Shown in pieces: positions 13,352 through 26,398 of a stretch of 64,000 nucleotides of DNA. Source of the stretch: Paramecium tetraurelia (taxonomy: Eukaryota); assembly GCA_000165425.1 (NCBI GenBank), contig CT868085.1:310001-374000 (forward strand). The letters run 5' to 3'. Each line of letters opens with the position of its first letter. The first letter of the stretch is position 1. The translations under genes and the position numbers were made by a program. The notes under the pieces are model-generated. The model did no database searches. It was not told where the DNA came from and saw only the letters and a list, made by a program, of their open reading frames with translations.

Positions 13352-15109
13352 ATGAGTGATATGTTTCAGGGAAATAAAAGTGGAGTCTCTTATGGAAGTC
13401 AATTTGATGCGTAATATCATTGAGGAAATATTGAATTTTAGTTTAGGTGCTAGTTTTGGTAGAATTGCTCCACAAGACAAACAAAGTATAGGATCAAATA
13501 ATGGAGGTGGCAGTTTTGCATAGGTTTCTGTTTCATTTTTGGTACAACCAGATCAATACAGATCATCAGTGGGTTTGGAGGAAGGGGCCCCTCAAATTCA
13601 AATATATGAATATTAAGAGCCTTAAAATTAGAAAGGAATATTATTCAGAAGCAGCGGAGATTTCGAAATGTAATTTGAAGAGATTCGAATGGATCGATTA
13701 AATATAGATTAGCAATAAAAGGTAGAGGAGGATGCCTAATAATAGCAAAAAATGAATTAGAGACAGTCAGATGAATTTGAAATGAAAATATGTAATATTC
13801 TATGTGTATTATAGAATGTGCGGAGCAAATTAGCACAAATTTTAAACCTGAAATAAATCAAATGGTGAATCAAAATATTATTGAGGAGAACAAGAATCTT
13901 TTCAACGTGAATATTTCCAAAAGCATTTACACTAACAAAATAACATAGCTAGTTGAATAGACTTAATAGAAATTGAATTTGTAAAACAGAAATTAAACAC
14001 CAACTCATCTATCGTAATTATTTAAATTTATAATTTTAGTAAAAGCCAATAAAAATTATAAAGGAAATCACCAAATTTATAAAGAGATCATTCTGATTTA
14101 TCATCAGATTTTAATCAATAGAATAGTAATGATCCTAATCAAGATCCAATACAATAAAAACTAGCTAAGAATAGAGAATCAGCAAGAAATTCTAGGGCAA
14201 GAAAGAAGATTTATTATGAGTTATTGGAAGTGAAGGCTTAAGAATTGCAGAATGAAGTGGATTCATTAAAATAATAAATTTAGAATTAGTAAAAATACGC
14301 AGAAATTTGTAATAAATCTTAAGAAAAAGTATTGTATTCTTCGATTGTGTTAGTTTTAAATGTTCTTAGAATAATAATAATTATTGTTTGATAAACTTGA
14401 GACATATTTAATTAAAAATAAAGACAATATGGAAATCGGGATGATTTTGGATGCATTGAGATATAGAACCAATTCAAATAGTTAAGAGAGAAATGATGCT
14501 GCAAGGAACCACTTCGATTAAATGGTAGAAGTCTGTTTACCAATTCAAACTAGATACTTGATATATGCATTGGAAAAGAACAAAGATTTTTTTGCTTAAC
14601 AACCAAAGTATTTTTTTACAATTCAATATCAGTGACTATTCTGATTGGATGGTTGATTCTTTCTAAAAGACTGATATTAAGCCAGAACAAATTGTAAAGG
14701 TTAAAAAGATGAAAACTAAACTACAAAGTGTAAGGAACAATATATCTGAGTATATAAATTCATTTAAAATTAGATCAATTCATAAAATCAAAGAATAGTT
14801 GAAGTTAATTTAGAGTGAAGCTTTGAAAGTTGATTAAATGTGGGAACAATTGAAGGAATGCTTAACACCTATTTAATTGGGTTCGTGTATCTTGGCAATG
14901 AGATAGGTACCATATATATATATTATTAAAAAGAACCAATACAGACAAGAATTGTAGACATCTTCATTGTTTCTGCAACTCAAGAACTCTTAAATGGTAT
15001 TAAAACTTAATTTTAACCTAAATAGTCAGAGGAAGAGGATGTACAAGGTAGCTAAGAATAATTTACTGCCCCGAAAAACAGAAAACTAATAAAAAAGTCA
15101 TAGAATTGA
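13352..15109 (+). CDS. bZIP transcription factor
   Basis: Basic region and zipper KLAKNRESARNSRARKKIYYELLEVKAQELQNEVDSLKQQ at about 14155-14280; several short introns. Confidence 0.9.
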
Positions 15110-15448
15110 TATGTTAATCTACATGTTGATTATTTTACTAATTAAATAAACTTGCAATTTAAATTTTAAATTATTATATTTTTTAATAATCCTATTATTA
15201 CCTTCTCTCTTTTTAATTGGCTTCGTTTAATTAATATTATCATATTTAAAATTATAGAACATAATCATTTTAATTATGAATTAACTAACTTATTTGAATT
15301 CTTTACTTTGATTTATTGCTGCTTTCTTTTGAAAACAAAACAACTTGTATTTGCTATACAAATGAATGGTCATGAATTCTAGAGGAACAAAGTGTTTTCA
15401 ATACATAAATTATAACAATTAAGATATATATAGCAAATTTTTTCAAAA

Positions 15449-15778
15449 TCATTTCTTTGTCTATCCGAAAATGGAACAACTATTAGGTTTGAGAATAGAT
15501 TAGATTGAATTGGAAGGATATTTTGGAGAGAGAGCAGGAGACTGATTTGGAGAGGATTTTTGGTTCTATGAGAAATAATAGATTTGATTTTAATTGCTGA
15601 AGCGAAGTTGTTTCATTTTTAATTGTAATCTTGATTCAATATCTCCATTTCCGTTATTGTTAATTAGAGTTTGAAATTTATCTTCTTAATCAGAATCTGG
15701 TAGTATCATCTCTTCTTGGTCCCCTTTTGTTTTTATAATTTTCTGGATTAGAATCAATTGCAATGGTACATTGTTCAT
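15449..15778 (-). CDS. small hypothetical protein (about 109 aa)
   Basis: ATG 15778 to TGA 15449 open under the ciliate code (MNNVPLQLILIQKIIKTKGDQEEMILPDSD...SPALSPKYPSNSIQSILKP...). Confidence 0.55.
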
Positions 15779-16284
15779 ATGTCACTTGAAATTGATATGA
15801 TAAATTAATTATTTATTATACTTCGACTATAAAAAACAATACTTTAATCTTGATAGATGGCTGAAATACTAATTTATAAATGAAATTCTTTGTTAAGAGA
15901 TCATTTATAGCCAAATATATTGTCCCTAAATTAAATTTACTTTATTATAAATGATAGATGTTTCTAAGCAAAATTAAACTTATTCAATTAGATTCATGAA
16001 AGTATTTTAGACTATTATAGCAGATCATTGAAATTATCTTTAAAGAGCATATGAATGAAAAATAGTCGTTCTAGGCTGATATAACTTGTAATTTTTTTAT
16101 TAGTCTTAAAATTTCGATATGAATTTCTTTTATAAGTTATTAATTTTAGGGCTCTTAAGATTGAAATTAGAGAAGATATAAGTATTATTATTTTGGTTTA
16201 TTAATTTAATTAAATTAATTGTAAAATAAGGAGATTGTTTTCTTTATTTCAATTCATTAATTTTATTTTAACAAATCGCTTCAG

Positions 16285-17554
16285 ATGATAGAAATAAGTT
16301 TAAATAACTCCAAGAAGTAAGATAATTTGGTTAACGAAAAAGCTGTAATATTTATATAAGGTACTTTTGATAATCTAATGAAGCTAATTGGAGAAGTTGT
16401 TTAGCTAGAAAGAAACAAGTCAAAATTTAGAATAAAGATTAATAAAATGAGTCAAGTCAGGAAAATAACAATAATAGTGAGAATCCATAAAATACAGATA
16501 GTTCTTAAAAGGCTAGAGAAGAAAACTAATCAAATTTATATGAATTAAATAATATTCATGCTCCAAACTAAGATTATAGGAAACTAGATAGAATACCAGA
16601 TTATTAGATTGATGAAGTTAAATAAGTATTTAAAATAAAAAGATTAGGTTTTAAGTTCAATCGAACCATTTTTGTACGATTAGGAAAAGAATGAATTTAA
16701 AGAATTACCATTTTTAGAACCTTATGAATAAAAAAACAATGGTTGTGTTTATAAAGGATAATGGAAGAATGGGTAAGTTTTGAAATTGAAAGTAATTTTA
16801 GACTTCGACATGGTAGAGGAATGTAAATTTGGCAAGATGGCTCAATATATGAAGGATATTGGTACAAGAATGTTGCTTAGGGAAAGGGAAGAATGGTTCA
16901 TCCTGATGGAGACTTATATGAGGGAGCATGGAAAAACGACTTAGCACACGGATTTGTAAATATACGAATCAATATTATAGGGTAAATATGTGCGTATGGA
17001 TGGAGCTTAAAGTGAAGGATATTGGTTAAAAGATAAATAGAATGGATATGGGAAAGAAACATGGCCAGATGGTGCTCGTTATGAAGGATAATATAAGAAT
17101 GGGAAGAAACATGGCAAGGGTACATTTAAATGGGCTGATGGATCTGTATATGTTGGTGAATTCGATTAAAATAATATTCATGGAAAAGGAGAATACTATT
17201 GGGAGGACAACAGGAAGTATGTTGGAGAATGGAAAAATAATAAAATGGATGGAAAAGGAGTATACAATTAAATTATAATAAGGTGTTTACATGGTTTGAT
17301 GGTAGGAAATATGAAGGAGAATATAAAGACGATAAGAAGCATGGTTATGGGGAGTTTCAATGGCCTGATGGAAGGGTAATTGCATTTCATTATATCACTA
17401 GATATATAAGGGATAGTGGGTGAATGGGAAATATCATGGTATCGGGATTTATATTGGCTCTTCGAAAGTAGAAAAGGAAGGAGAGTGGTAAGATGGGAAG
17501 AGAATACGTTGGATTAAGAAAGAGGAGGAATCATTTAAAGAAGTTGATGATTGA
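16285..17554 (+). CDS. IQ-motif plus MORN-repeat protein
   Basis: IQ-like [18 protein letters not shown] across a 23-nt intron; many MORN repeats of the form YEGxWxxxxxHGxG (16750-17510); the start may lie further upstream. Confidence 0.88.
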
Positions 17555-17668
17555 AATTCACTAATTCGCAATCATTAATATTTTTCAATCAACTTATTTA
17601 ATATTAAATTTATAAATCCATGTTTCTTTGAAGTATAACCGAATTGCTGAGTATTGTGCTAAAAAAGA

Positions 17669-18303
17669 TGGTTTCTCAAATGATAAATAAACTACATGAT
17701 TTATAATACTTATAAAGTTGATTTTTTAACAGTCAAAATAATTTTATAAAAATCATTTACTTTTATGAAAATTTATTCGATTTTCCCTTTGATTTTTAAA
17801 ATTAGCAACCCTATAAGAATTGAGATAATTCAAATCGTCCCTTGGCATTACTTGCTTATGATTTTTAAGAAAATAATCGAATTATCGTTGTAAATATTTG
17901 GAATCTAATTTGTGTAAGGGGTAGTATAGGAATCCTAAACTTCCTTTGATTTTGACATTTTTGTTAATAGGTAGATATTTTATAATTTGAACATTAAATA
18001 GAAGGAGTAACAATTTAGTTCAAAAGGAAATGATTTGAATCAACATAAAGTCCTATAACCTATTAATTAAAGAATTGAAAAAGTATAAAATTTGCAAAAC
18101 ATTAATTAAAATAAGAAAAACAATAGGATAGCTGAACTCTATGAAGCTGAAGACTTAGATGCTAAGGATTATGGAGAAGCTTTGTGAAATTGGCTAAGAC
18201 ATAGATGATTATGGGTAATTGTCAATGATATAAAGTCAAATAGGCTAAGAAAATGAAAGGATGGACACAGGTTAATCTTAATGATAAAAAGATTTAATGT
18301 TGA
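17669..18303 (+). CDS. hypothetical protein; 5' structure unresolved
   Basis: 3' half reads as protein (KIRKTIGQLNSMKLKTQMLRIMEKLCEIGQDIDDYG...GWTQVNLNDKKIQC-stop); start not established. Confidence 0.3.
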
Positions 18304-18547
18304 ATATATGTGCTCAATCATCAATAGATGTTTTGTCTCACTCTGTTATCCACTTATAAAAAATCTATACATTTAAATCTGGGTTTTTGTAATAATTTTC
18401 TTATTCAAAATCATATAATTAATATAACTGAATATAATGTTATACCTTGAAATTATCACATTAAAAGGATGAATAAATTGAAATTTCAAATTCTTTCTTA
18501 ATTTTGTATTTAAAAGTAGATATCAGTTTTGCTCATTTAATAATAAA

Positions 18548-18865
18548 ATGAGCAAAACATCTTGCAGAAGATAAGTCAAGAGAATTATTAATATAGAATC
18601 AATCATAAAGGAACTATTTTCAAGGGCTGAATTTTTCACTCAAAGATACATTTTTTGTCATCCAAACAGAGTGGATAAGCTACCACTAATTAGATCAATT
18701 TATAGAGTTCTGTTGATGCCAGATGCTTGGTTGAAAACGATTAAATTGTCTCATAAAGTATAACTATATTTTATAGTCCATTTGAAATACGGAGAGAAGG
18801 GAGTCCATCCTTTCCAGGAATTAGCATATTAAAAGCTTCAAACTTTGTTGAGTTATTAATAATGA
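18548..18865 (+). CDS. small hypothetical protein (about 105 aa)
   Basis: ATG 18548 to TGA 18863-18865 open under the ciliate code (MSKTSCRRQVKRIINIESIIKELFSRAEFF...). Confidence 0.5.
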
Positions 18866-19113
18866 GAAATATTTTATAATAAAATGAGTGAGTATTACAC
18901 ATTTCAAAGATTGATATCAGCCATTTCATAATTCATCTTAAAATAAGTAGTCAATTTTAAATAGAATGATTAAGATGAGAATATTATTTGAGTAAAGTTT
19001 GGCAATGTTTCATAAATATATTTTGTTACGAACAAATTCTACATTTTTTCGTCATTATTCATGATTCAATGTAAATTATTTTGAGTTTGATTAAATTTTA
19101 TTACATCATAAAA

Positions 19114-20836
19114 ATGCTTCGTTCCAGTTCATTTCTTGGAGGATACTCGAGATCACGTAACTTATTTTTCGATTAAGAGGATAGTATCTAAAAACAAATT
19201 AAGGCCTAGAGTCTTGTCTTACAGACATACAAAATTACGGTATTTGGCATTGTTTTTTGCTTGCATGATTATGATAGGCGATGCTTATTGCTTTGATAAT
19301 CCCATGGCTTTATAGAGTGAAATAAAGGATAAATATGAGGTGGATCAATTTAAATTCAACTTATTATATACAGTTTATTCATTACCGAATATCATACTTC
19401 CATTTTTTGGAGGTGTTTTGATTGATAAAATTGGTGCACGAACAGCCATCCTACTGTTTTCGAGTATCATTATGATAGGTCAACTGGTTTGTGTTTGGGG
19501 TGCATCAAATTTGAGTTATTGGACTCTAATAACAGGGAGAGTAATCTTCGGAATGGGATCAGAGAGTTTGAATGTGTCTCAGAATTCGATAATGGCGATC
19601 TGGTTTAAAGATTAGGAGATGAGTTTGGCAATAGGATTGTGTATAAGTATCCCTAAAATTGGTAATGCTCTCAATAGTCTTCTAAGTCCATAAATATATT
19701 CTAAATATTAATCTTTAGCTGCTCCTATGATGGTTGGAGTTGGAACACTAATATTCTCATTTGTAAAGATCATCAAATAACTATCTAGATTTGTGGAATA
19801 GCCTTAATTTATATGGACTATAAAAGCGAGCAGAGAGAAAAGCAAAATCAAATGTTATTGAATAAAAACGATGAGAATCACAGATCTCAATCAGAACTTT
19901 CTGCCTCTGTCAAATAATCAGTCAAAGACGAAGATTGCGATTCTCCAGACTTAGGACGAAGCCCAGAAATATGTATGAATTGATTAAATTTCAAGTCGCC
20001 ACTCCATAGCACCACGAAGAACCAGAGGAGCATGAAGCGAAAGAAGAAATCAATTTCAAAGATATTGCCAAACTCTCAGGCACCTTCTGGATTTTGATTA
20101 TAATTTGCATGTTGACAGAAGCATTATTCGTACCATTCTTAGATAATGGAAATGAATTATTACAAGAGAGATTTGGTATGACAGCTGAATAAGCAGGACT
20201 ATTCTTGATTATACCATATTTGGTTGCATCAGGATCCACTCCATTTATAGGAAACATGGCTGATAAAGTAATCCATTTGACTACATTATTTAGTTTGGTC
20301 GAAGGAGTCTTTTAATAATTGTAACCTCATTCATTTTTCTTATAACACACATTCTTTTCATTTTCAGAATGTGCACTTCAGCTTGCTTTTTAATCACACT
20401 CCCATTAACTATCTTGGGATTGTGTTTTGGGTTCTATGCCTCAGTGGTCATTCCCTCAGTTCCTTTTGTGGTCAAATCCAATCTTGTTGGCACAGCCTTT
20501 GGATTAACAGGAGTATTTTAAAACACTGCTTTAGCCTTATTCCCTATGATTACAGGAATGATATTTAACTAATTCAAATATGACGAACATGGAGAAGAAA
20601 ACGAAGAAAGAGGATATGTCTATTAAAGTTTCTTCTTTATTGGTATGAGTGTATTACTGGTAATTATTGCTATTCTGTTGATGTTTGTTGATAAAAACGG
20701 AGAAAGAAAACTAAGTTAGAAGGGAAGAGGAATTCCAAAGAAGAATAAAGTTGATTATCTAAGTGTGCATGAAGTCACAGATATTCCAGAGGATAAGAAA
20801 ATACGCATCGATTATGATACAGATCATAGAATTTGA
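19114..20836 (+). CDS. major facilitator superfamily transporter, MFSD1-like
   Basis: YCFDNPMALQ, FNLLYTVYSLPNIILPFFGGVLIDKIG and GRVIFGMGSESL; multiple hydrophobic helices; short introns. Confidence 0.9.
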
Positions 20837-21335
20837 TATTCAATTATTTATTTTATTAAATAATTTAACTTCGCTTATTAACCTACTAACCTACTAATGC
20901 TATTATGTTTAGAGCTTATGGTACTGATGGATATATGTTATTTAGCCTTTGAAAATCTCCATCAAAAGATCAAAAGGCATAATAAGTTCTTTATTTTAGA
21001 AATCAAATTTATATGGGAATTTTATATAATTAATATTGAATTAAAGATTTAATCAAAATGTTTAAATTTTATTATTGGGTTAATTCTGTATCTGTGTGAT
21101 ATTTCCACAAGGTCAAAGAAATTTCTTATAATTAACTGAACCTGCTAAAGTCTAATTGTCTTATTTTAATGTATATTTTTACTTTTGTAATTTTATGAAT
21201 TTCATTTACCATTGTAATTATGCAATTTTAAATAAAAAAATATTTTAAATTATATGAATTTGAGAATAAAAAAGAAATTAATTGAGAATAAAAATATATA
21301 AAAATTATCATTAATTATCAAATCAACTTGTAAAT

Positions 21336-23118
21336 TCAATTAACTATTAAAGTGCTACTAGTACTTTTAGTGTTTTTTAATTAGGTTTGCATGTTTTAAT
21401 CATAACTATACCCATAAAATAAATCTATTTAATAGATAATTCTTACTTTACACAGAATTCTTTTTCAATAAGATTCTATTTTCTACAATTTATTCATCCT
21501 AAGTATCATTGTCTTCACTAATATTGTTAATATAATCTAAATTCTCTTAAATTGACTAATAAATTAAAAGTTTAATATACAGGAGGAATGAACGGAGATT
21601 GAATTTCCTTATTTAGTAACTTTGTCCATGGAAAATTTTATAACCATGGGTGTTGTTTAACTTCATTAGGTCCATTAAATCCCAATCTATTATTAGGTTT
21701 ACGTTAAATTAATTTATTAATGAAATCAGCAGCATCAATTGACCAATCATCTGGCAATTCACTTCTTTTCACTTGAATTTATCTAGTTAGAATTTGATCC
21801 CTTATCTCCTATCTTGTTCTACCATTATATGGTCTTCTTCCCAACATAAATTCGTACGTCATTACTCCCAAAGCAAAATAATCAACAGCAATTGTGTGAT
21901 TCTATCTACACATCACTTCAGGAGCTGAATATTTAATATAAACATATAAGTACCCATATATCCTGGTGTTCCACTTGTATCTTAGGAATTCTCAGGTTTC
22001 CAGATCCTTGCTATTCCTAAATCAGTTAATCGAGCATAACCATTGCTATCAAGTACTATGTTTTCAGGTTTAACATCTCTATGAATAACATTTGAATTGT
22101 GTAGGTATTCTAATGCTAAAATAACACAAGCAATGAAAAATTTAGTTTAATGTTCTTTGAATCTTCTCATTCGTCCTATATGATATCTGAGATCACCTCC
22201 TGTTAAAAGATCCATTACTAGATATAAGTTATCTCTGTCCTAAAAACAAAAATTCATATTAATCAAAAAAGGGTGTTTGAACTATGCCAATAAATTTCTT
22301 TCGTTCATAACAGAATTTACACTTCTTTTTGCTATTATTTTAGCCTTGGACATTTCTTTCATAGCATACTGTGTTCTGCTTTTTTTTAATTCTACTTTCC
22401 AGACCCTTCCGAATCCACCTTTCCCTATTACAAAGTGAAAAGCAAAACTAGACTTGGTTACACAAATTTAAGTGTCAATTTATAATTCTTCATCTTAGGG
22501 TTCTTCCTTTTATACCTTTTTAATTGGTGGACGTTGTTATTACTATTATTGAATAGAATCATATTTGATAAGCAAAGAATTGAATATACTCTAAAAATTT
22601 TATATATTTGCTTTTATTTTGGTACTAGAACTAACTTAAGGTATTTTTAAATGTGGAACTTCATTAATATTAATTTTTAGATTTGCACTAGCAAATTTAG
22701 TATGATTGGATAGTTTCTAAGAAGCCTACCGATTGAGACTTATAGAATCGTCATTTTCAAAAATCTTTTTTGAGTCTATCGTTGATTATTTTGGTGATTT
22801 TTGCATTGATAATTAGATTGGACTTTTTGATCTTGATCTATTACTATCCTTACTAAAAAAACTAAGCTATGGATTTTTGTAAGGCAATGCATATTCATTT
22901 ATGTTGACTTATCCAACTCTTATTTTGTTTGGTGTGTGTACTGGAGTATGATTTCTTTACTATTTTTCTTCTGCATTCTTTTTTTATGCATATTAAAGAA
23001 AGTTGCCAACTGCTAAAGGGGATTTTCCAATTCGTAATCTATCGGAAGGAAAATTAGAGAAAGGCTTAGAGTATTTTGTAGAAAAGAGTTCCCTTAGATT
23101 ACGATGGTGGTTAGACAT
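21336..23118 (-). CDS. AGC-group Ser/Thr protein kinase with long N-terminal extension
   Basis: [41 protein letters not shown] (intron-split), DYFALGV. Confidence 0.92.
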
Positions 23119-23201
23119 TTATATTTATTTTAATACATCTCTTGAAATTTATATTATTAAAGGAAATGCAGCATCAATTTATTATATTGGATAAAACTAA
23201 T

Positions 23202-23911
23202 TTCAATCACTAATATAAACATTCTTATCAATAAATAACACAGACTTATCCTCTCTGCATTCCTGATGATTCTTTAAAGTAAAATTTACTATCAACTCAT
23301 CTTAAGTGTATCCAATTTGTAATTCATGAGTAATTTTGATTAGTTGTTCCATGCTTAGGAAATTGGTAATGTTACAATCATCGGCTTTCATATTGATTGC
23401 CAACTTTTTATCCTTCAAAGATAAATTTATCTAAATATCAAGAAAATTCAAACATTTATATCTGATAGTCTATATTCTCGATTACTTAATCTAAACTTTC
23501 TTATTCTTCTTCTCTGATAAGTGTTATTCAATAATCAGATTTTCTTGAATCTAAAATAAGGCATATTGAAGCGCCTTCTTTTAAAGAAATTCTTAAACAT
23601 ATCTTTCTCCTGTTGTTATGAACAAATTGTAGTCCTCAACTAATTCAGGGTAATTGACTTCCATGTATATTTAAAAGAAGGCAAATAACCAAAGTTTTTA
23701 TCCTCTAATACATAATCGTTTCCGTATGAAACCAAATATGTATTAGAATCTTCTTCATTTTCTTTAATTATTCTGTTGGGTGTTCGAACATCCACTATAA
23801 TTGGATTGCTTTTCTATCTTTTTTGAGCCTTCACTACTCAATATTAACTTATTTATTTGATGCTTTCACATTGGAATCTTTGCTAAAATATTTGTTATTT
23901 TTCAAATTCAT
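23202..23911 (-). CDS. hypothetical protein; exon structure uncertain
   Basis: Open 3' frame MEVNYPELVEDYNLFITTGERYVQEFLQKKAL... to a TGA near 23202; 5' part not cleanly joined. Confidence 0.35.
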
Positions 23912-24094
23912 TCCAAAAATTATACCAAATTCATTTATCAAATTAACTATATCAATTAATTCATTTTTTTAATAGCAAGATCATAGGTTCAAAGTTTTAT
24001 CTACCTTCACCAATTTATTTTAATTACTAACTCTTAAATAAAGTTTAAACAATTAAACAATATATTTAAATATTAATTAGAGATTAATATATAA

Positions 24095-25281
24095 TCACAA
24101 CAATTAGGATAATTTAAATTAAGCCCTACGAATTAGATGAGGATTTCTTTTTGATGATTCCTAATCTACATCAACTGAAATATAAGATGCATTCTAATTT
24201 CTAAAGTTTTGATTACAACGAGGCGTGGTAGTTTATGATCTGAATCTCTATTGGTATTATGAAGACTAGAGCTCTATTTCTAGATACTTTCTCATGGGTA
24301 ATCGTGGAGTAATTGAGTCAAAAATTTTTCCTTTTTTAAGAGGTGTCAAAGTTCTCAATTAATTATTTCTATTATACTAGCTGTTTTTCCTGATAAACAA
24401 TTCTTCATTTTTACTTTTCGGTTTTTGAAGTGTAGTGCTTGCTTAAGCTTTTGATTAAGAATTATTCAATTCAGATTTTGAAAAATTACTGGGTTTTAGA
24501 ATGGATTTATTAAACTTCTTTTCCTTTGAAAAATTTTAACAAATATCTAGATTACTTAGAGCAATCTATTTTTCTTACCAAGAGATTGACTTTCTTTTGA
24601 AAATTATCGGACTTTTCGGAATACTATTTATCAATTGATCATCTTTTTCCTTTTGCACAGAATTTAAGTAAGTATTTTATAAGAGCAATTCCTCTCGATC
24701 CAAGGGTGTTTGATTCCAATTTCGACTAATTACTTTTCCCTTCAATTACTCTTTCTCAAATACAATTAGCTACTTTAAAAAAGTGGATCTAATTTCGAAT
24801 TCCTTTTACTAAATGTTGATATATTGAAGAGCTTTGAATAAACTCCAGCTATATCTATAAATATTAATTTAAATGGTTACCTTAACATAAGATAGCTCAC
24901 CAGAGCGGTAAGTGATCGACTTTGGCCATTTACACAACAAAATAAAACACTTTCACCTCTTTTTAATGCTTTCTCAACAAATGTTTAAATTTCTCTGATT
25001 GTTTCTATTGTGACGATGGTCTAAATAAGAATAAAGCTATACTTATGAGTCTTAATCCTTCCAATAATAATTTAACGCAGATAAATTCTCAGGAACTTGG
25101 ATTTCTGCTGCTGCACAATTCACTACATGAGTTATTTGGTTGATTTTCATATACTACTATTCCTAACATAGATAATATAGTAAACTTATAGAGGTTAATA
25201 ATTTCCTATGAAAACCCCATCCAAAATCCGAGATGCTATAATTTTACTAATTTGCCTTAAATTAAGTGAACTATTAAACAT
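24095..25281 (-). CDS. dual-specificity protein phosphatase (atypical DSP) with basic C-terminal tail
   Basis: SRILDGVFIGN, ITHVVNCA, P-loop GESVLFCCVNGQSRS (CX5R), AYLM-like SYLML, FLKQLIVFE. Confidence 0.85.
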
Positions 25282-26398
25282 TAATTAATGTGTTTTACGA
25301 ATGATCGTAATTTAAATAATCAAATTCAACTATTAAGTTCGGTCTACTATGATTAATTATTTATTATTATAAGGATAATACAAAACAAATAATCTAATAA
25401 ATATAATCTTCTCTTGTAAAGCCTTTCAATTTACTCATTTTATTTGATCTCATTATTAAGATTGCTTCAACTGTTATTTAATTCCAGATCTTAGATATAT
25501 TTTGAAATCAAATGAATTTTATACAATCATTCACTAATTTGATGTTCTAGGCATCAAAGTTTCTTTAAACTCATTTTAATTATTTTTTTAATCATTCCTT
25601 ACAGAATAATATTGTTGTTTACCTAAAAACTTTAGTCATTATAATCGCATTTTAAACTATGATATTAATTACATATAATTACTAAATTATGCTAAACTCT
25701 ATCCTCAAGCTTCCAATTATTATTATATTAAAATTTAAATCTCTTAATAATAATCTATATAAGGATTTGATGAAAATATGGCCAATAAATATTAATGGAA
25801 ATTTATTTTTTGAATTTATCTACTAATCACCATTATACTCAGTCTATTATTACCTTATTTTAAGTTTCAGTTTTAAAGGTAGTAAATAAGTTCTTAATTA
25901 TTTATTTTTAATTTTCAAATTTGAACTACACAGATTCTTGATTATGAATCAAAACTTTTTCAAATCTCAACCAAAGAAGTTACAAAAATCAAACTCAAAG
26001 ATTGAGCTTTGGCTATGTCAAGATATAGTAATAAAATTTGCAGTCATTCTTTAATTTCTATAATCACACCTTTAGGACTTAATTTTGAATTGTGTTTTCT
26101 GATGAGGGAATTTCATTTATTAAAAAGAATCTTAGCTGATAACATAACTCCAGAAATTTAAAGATTTTGTCGTAAATCCTCTAGATTTTATGCATTTCCA
26201 TTCCCAAGTATAACAGATAGAGATCAAAAAATTAATTAAATTCATCCCATAGACAATACTATTAAGCATTGCTCATTTATTTCTAAATTGACTATTTTAT
26301 CTTGTGGTGTCAAATGAGTATATTTCTAATAAGGAATCCTTGAAAATAACATATCAGTTAAGTATAATATATAATTTAATAAAAACATATTAATGATT

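Noticed and set aside
20876..20898. Short repeat taacctactaacctactaa
   Set aside because: Two copies of a 9-mer; not a telomeric C4A2/C3A3 repeat and not an array
25944..26317. Possible small plus-strand gene
   Set aside because: The 5' and 3' halves cannot be joined by a convincing intron
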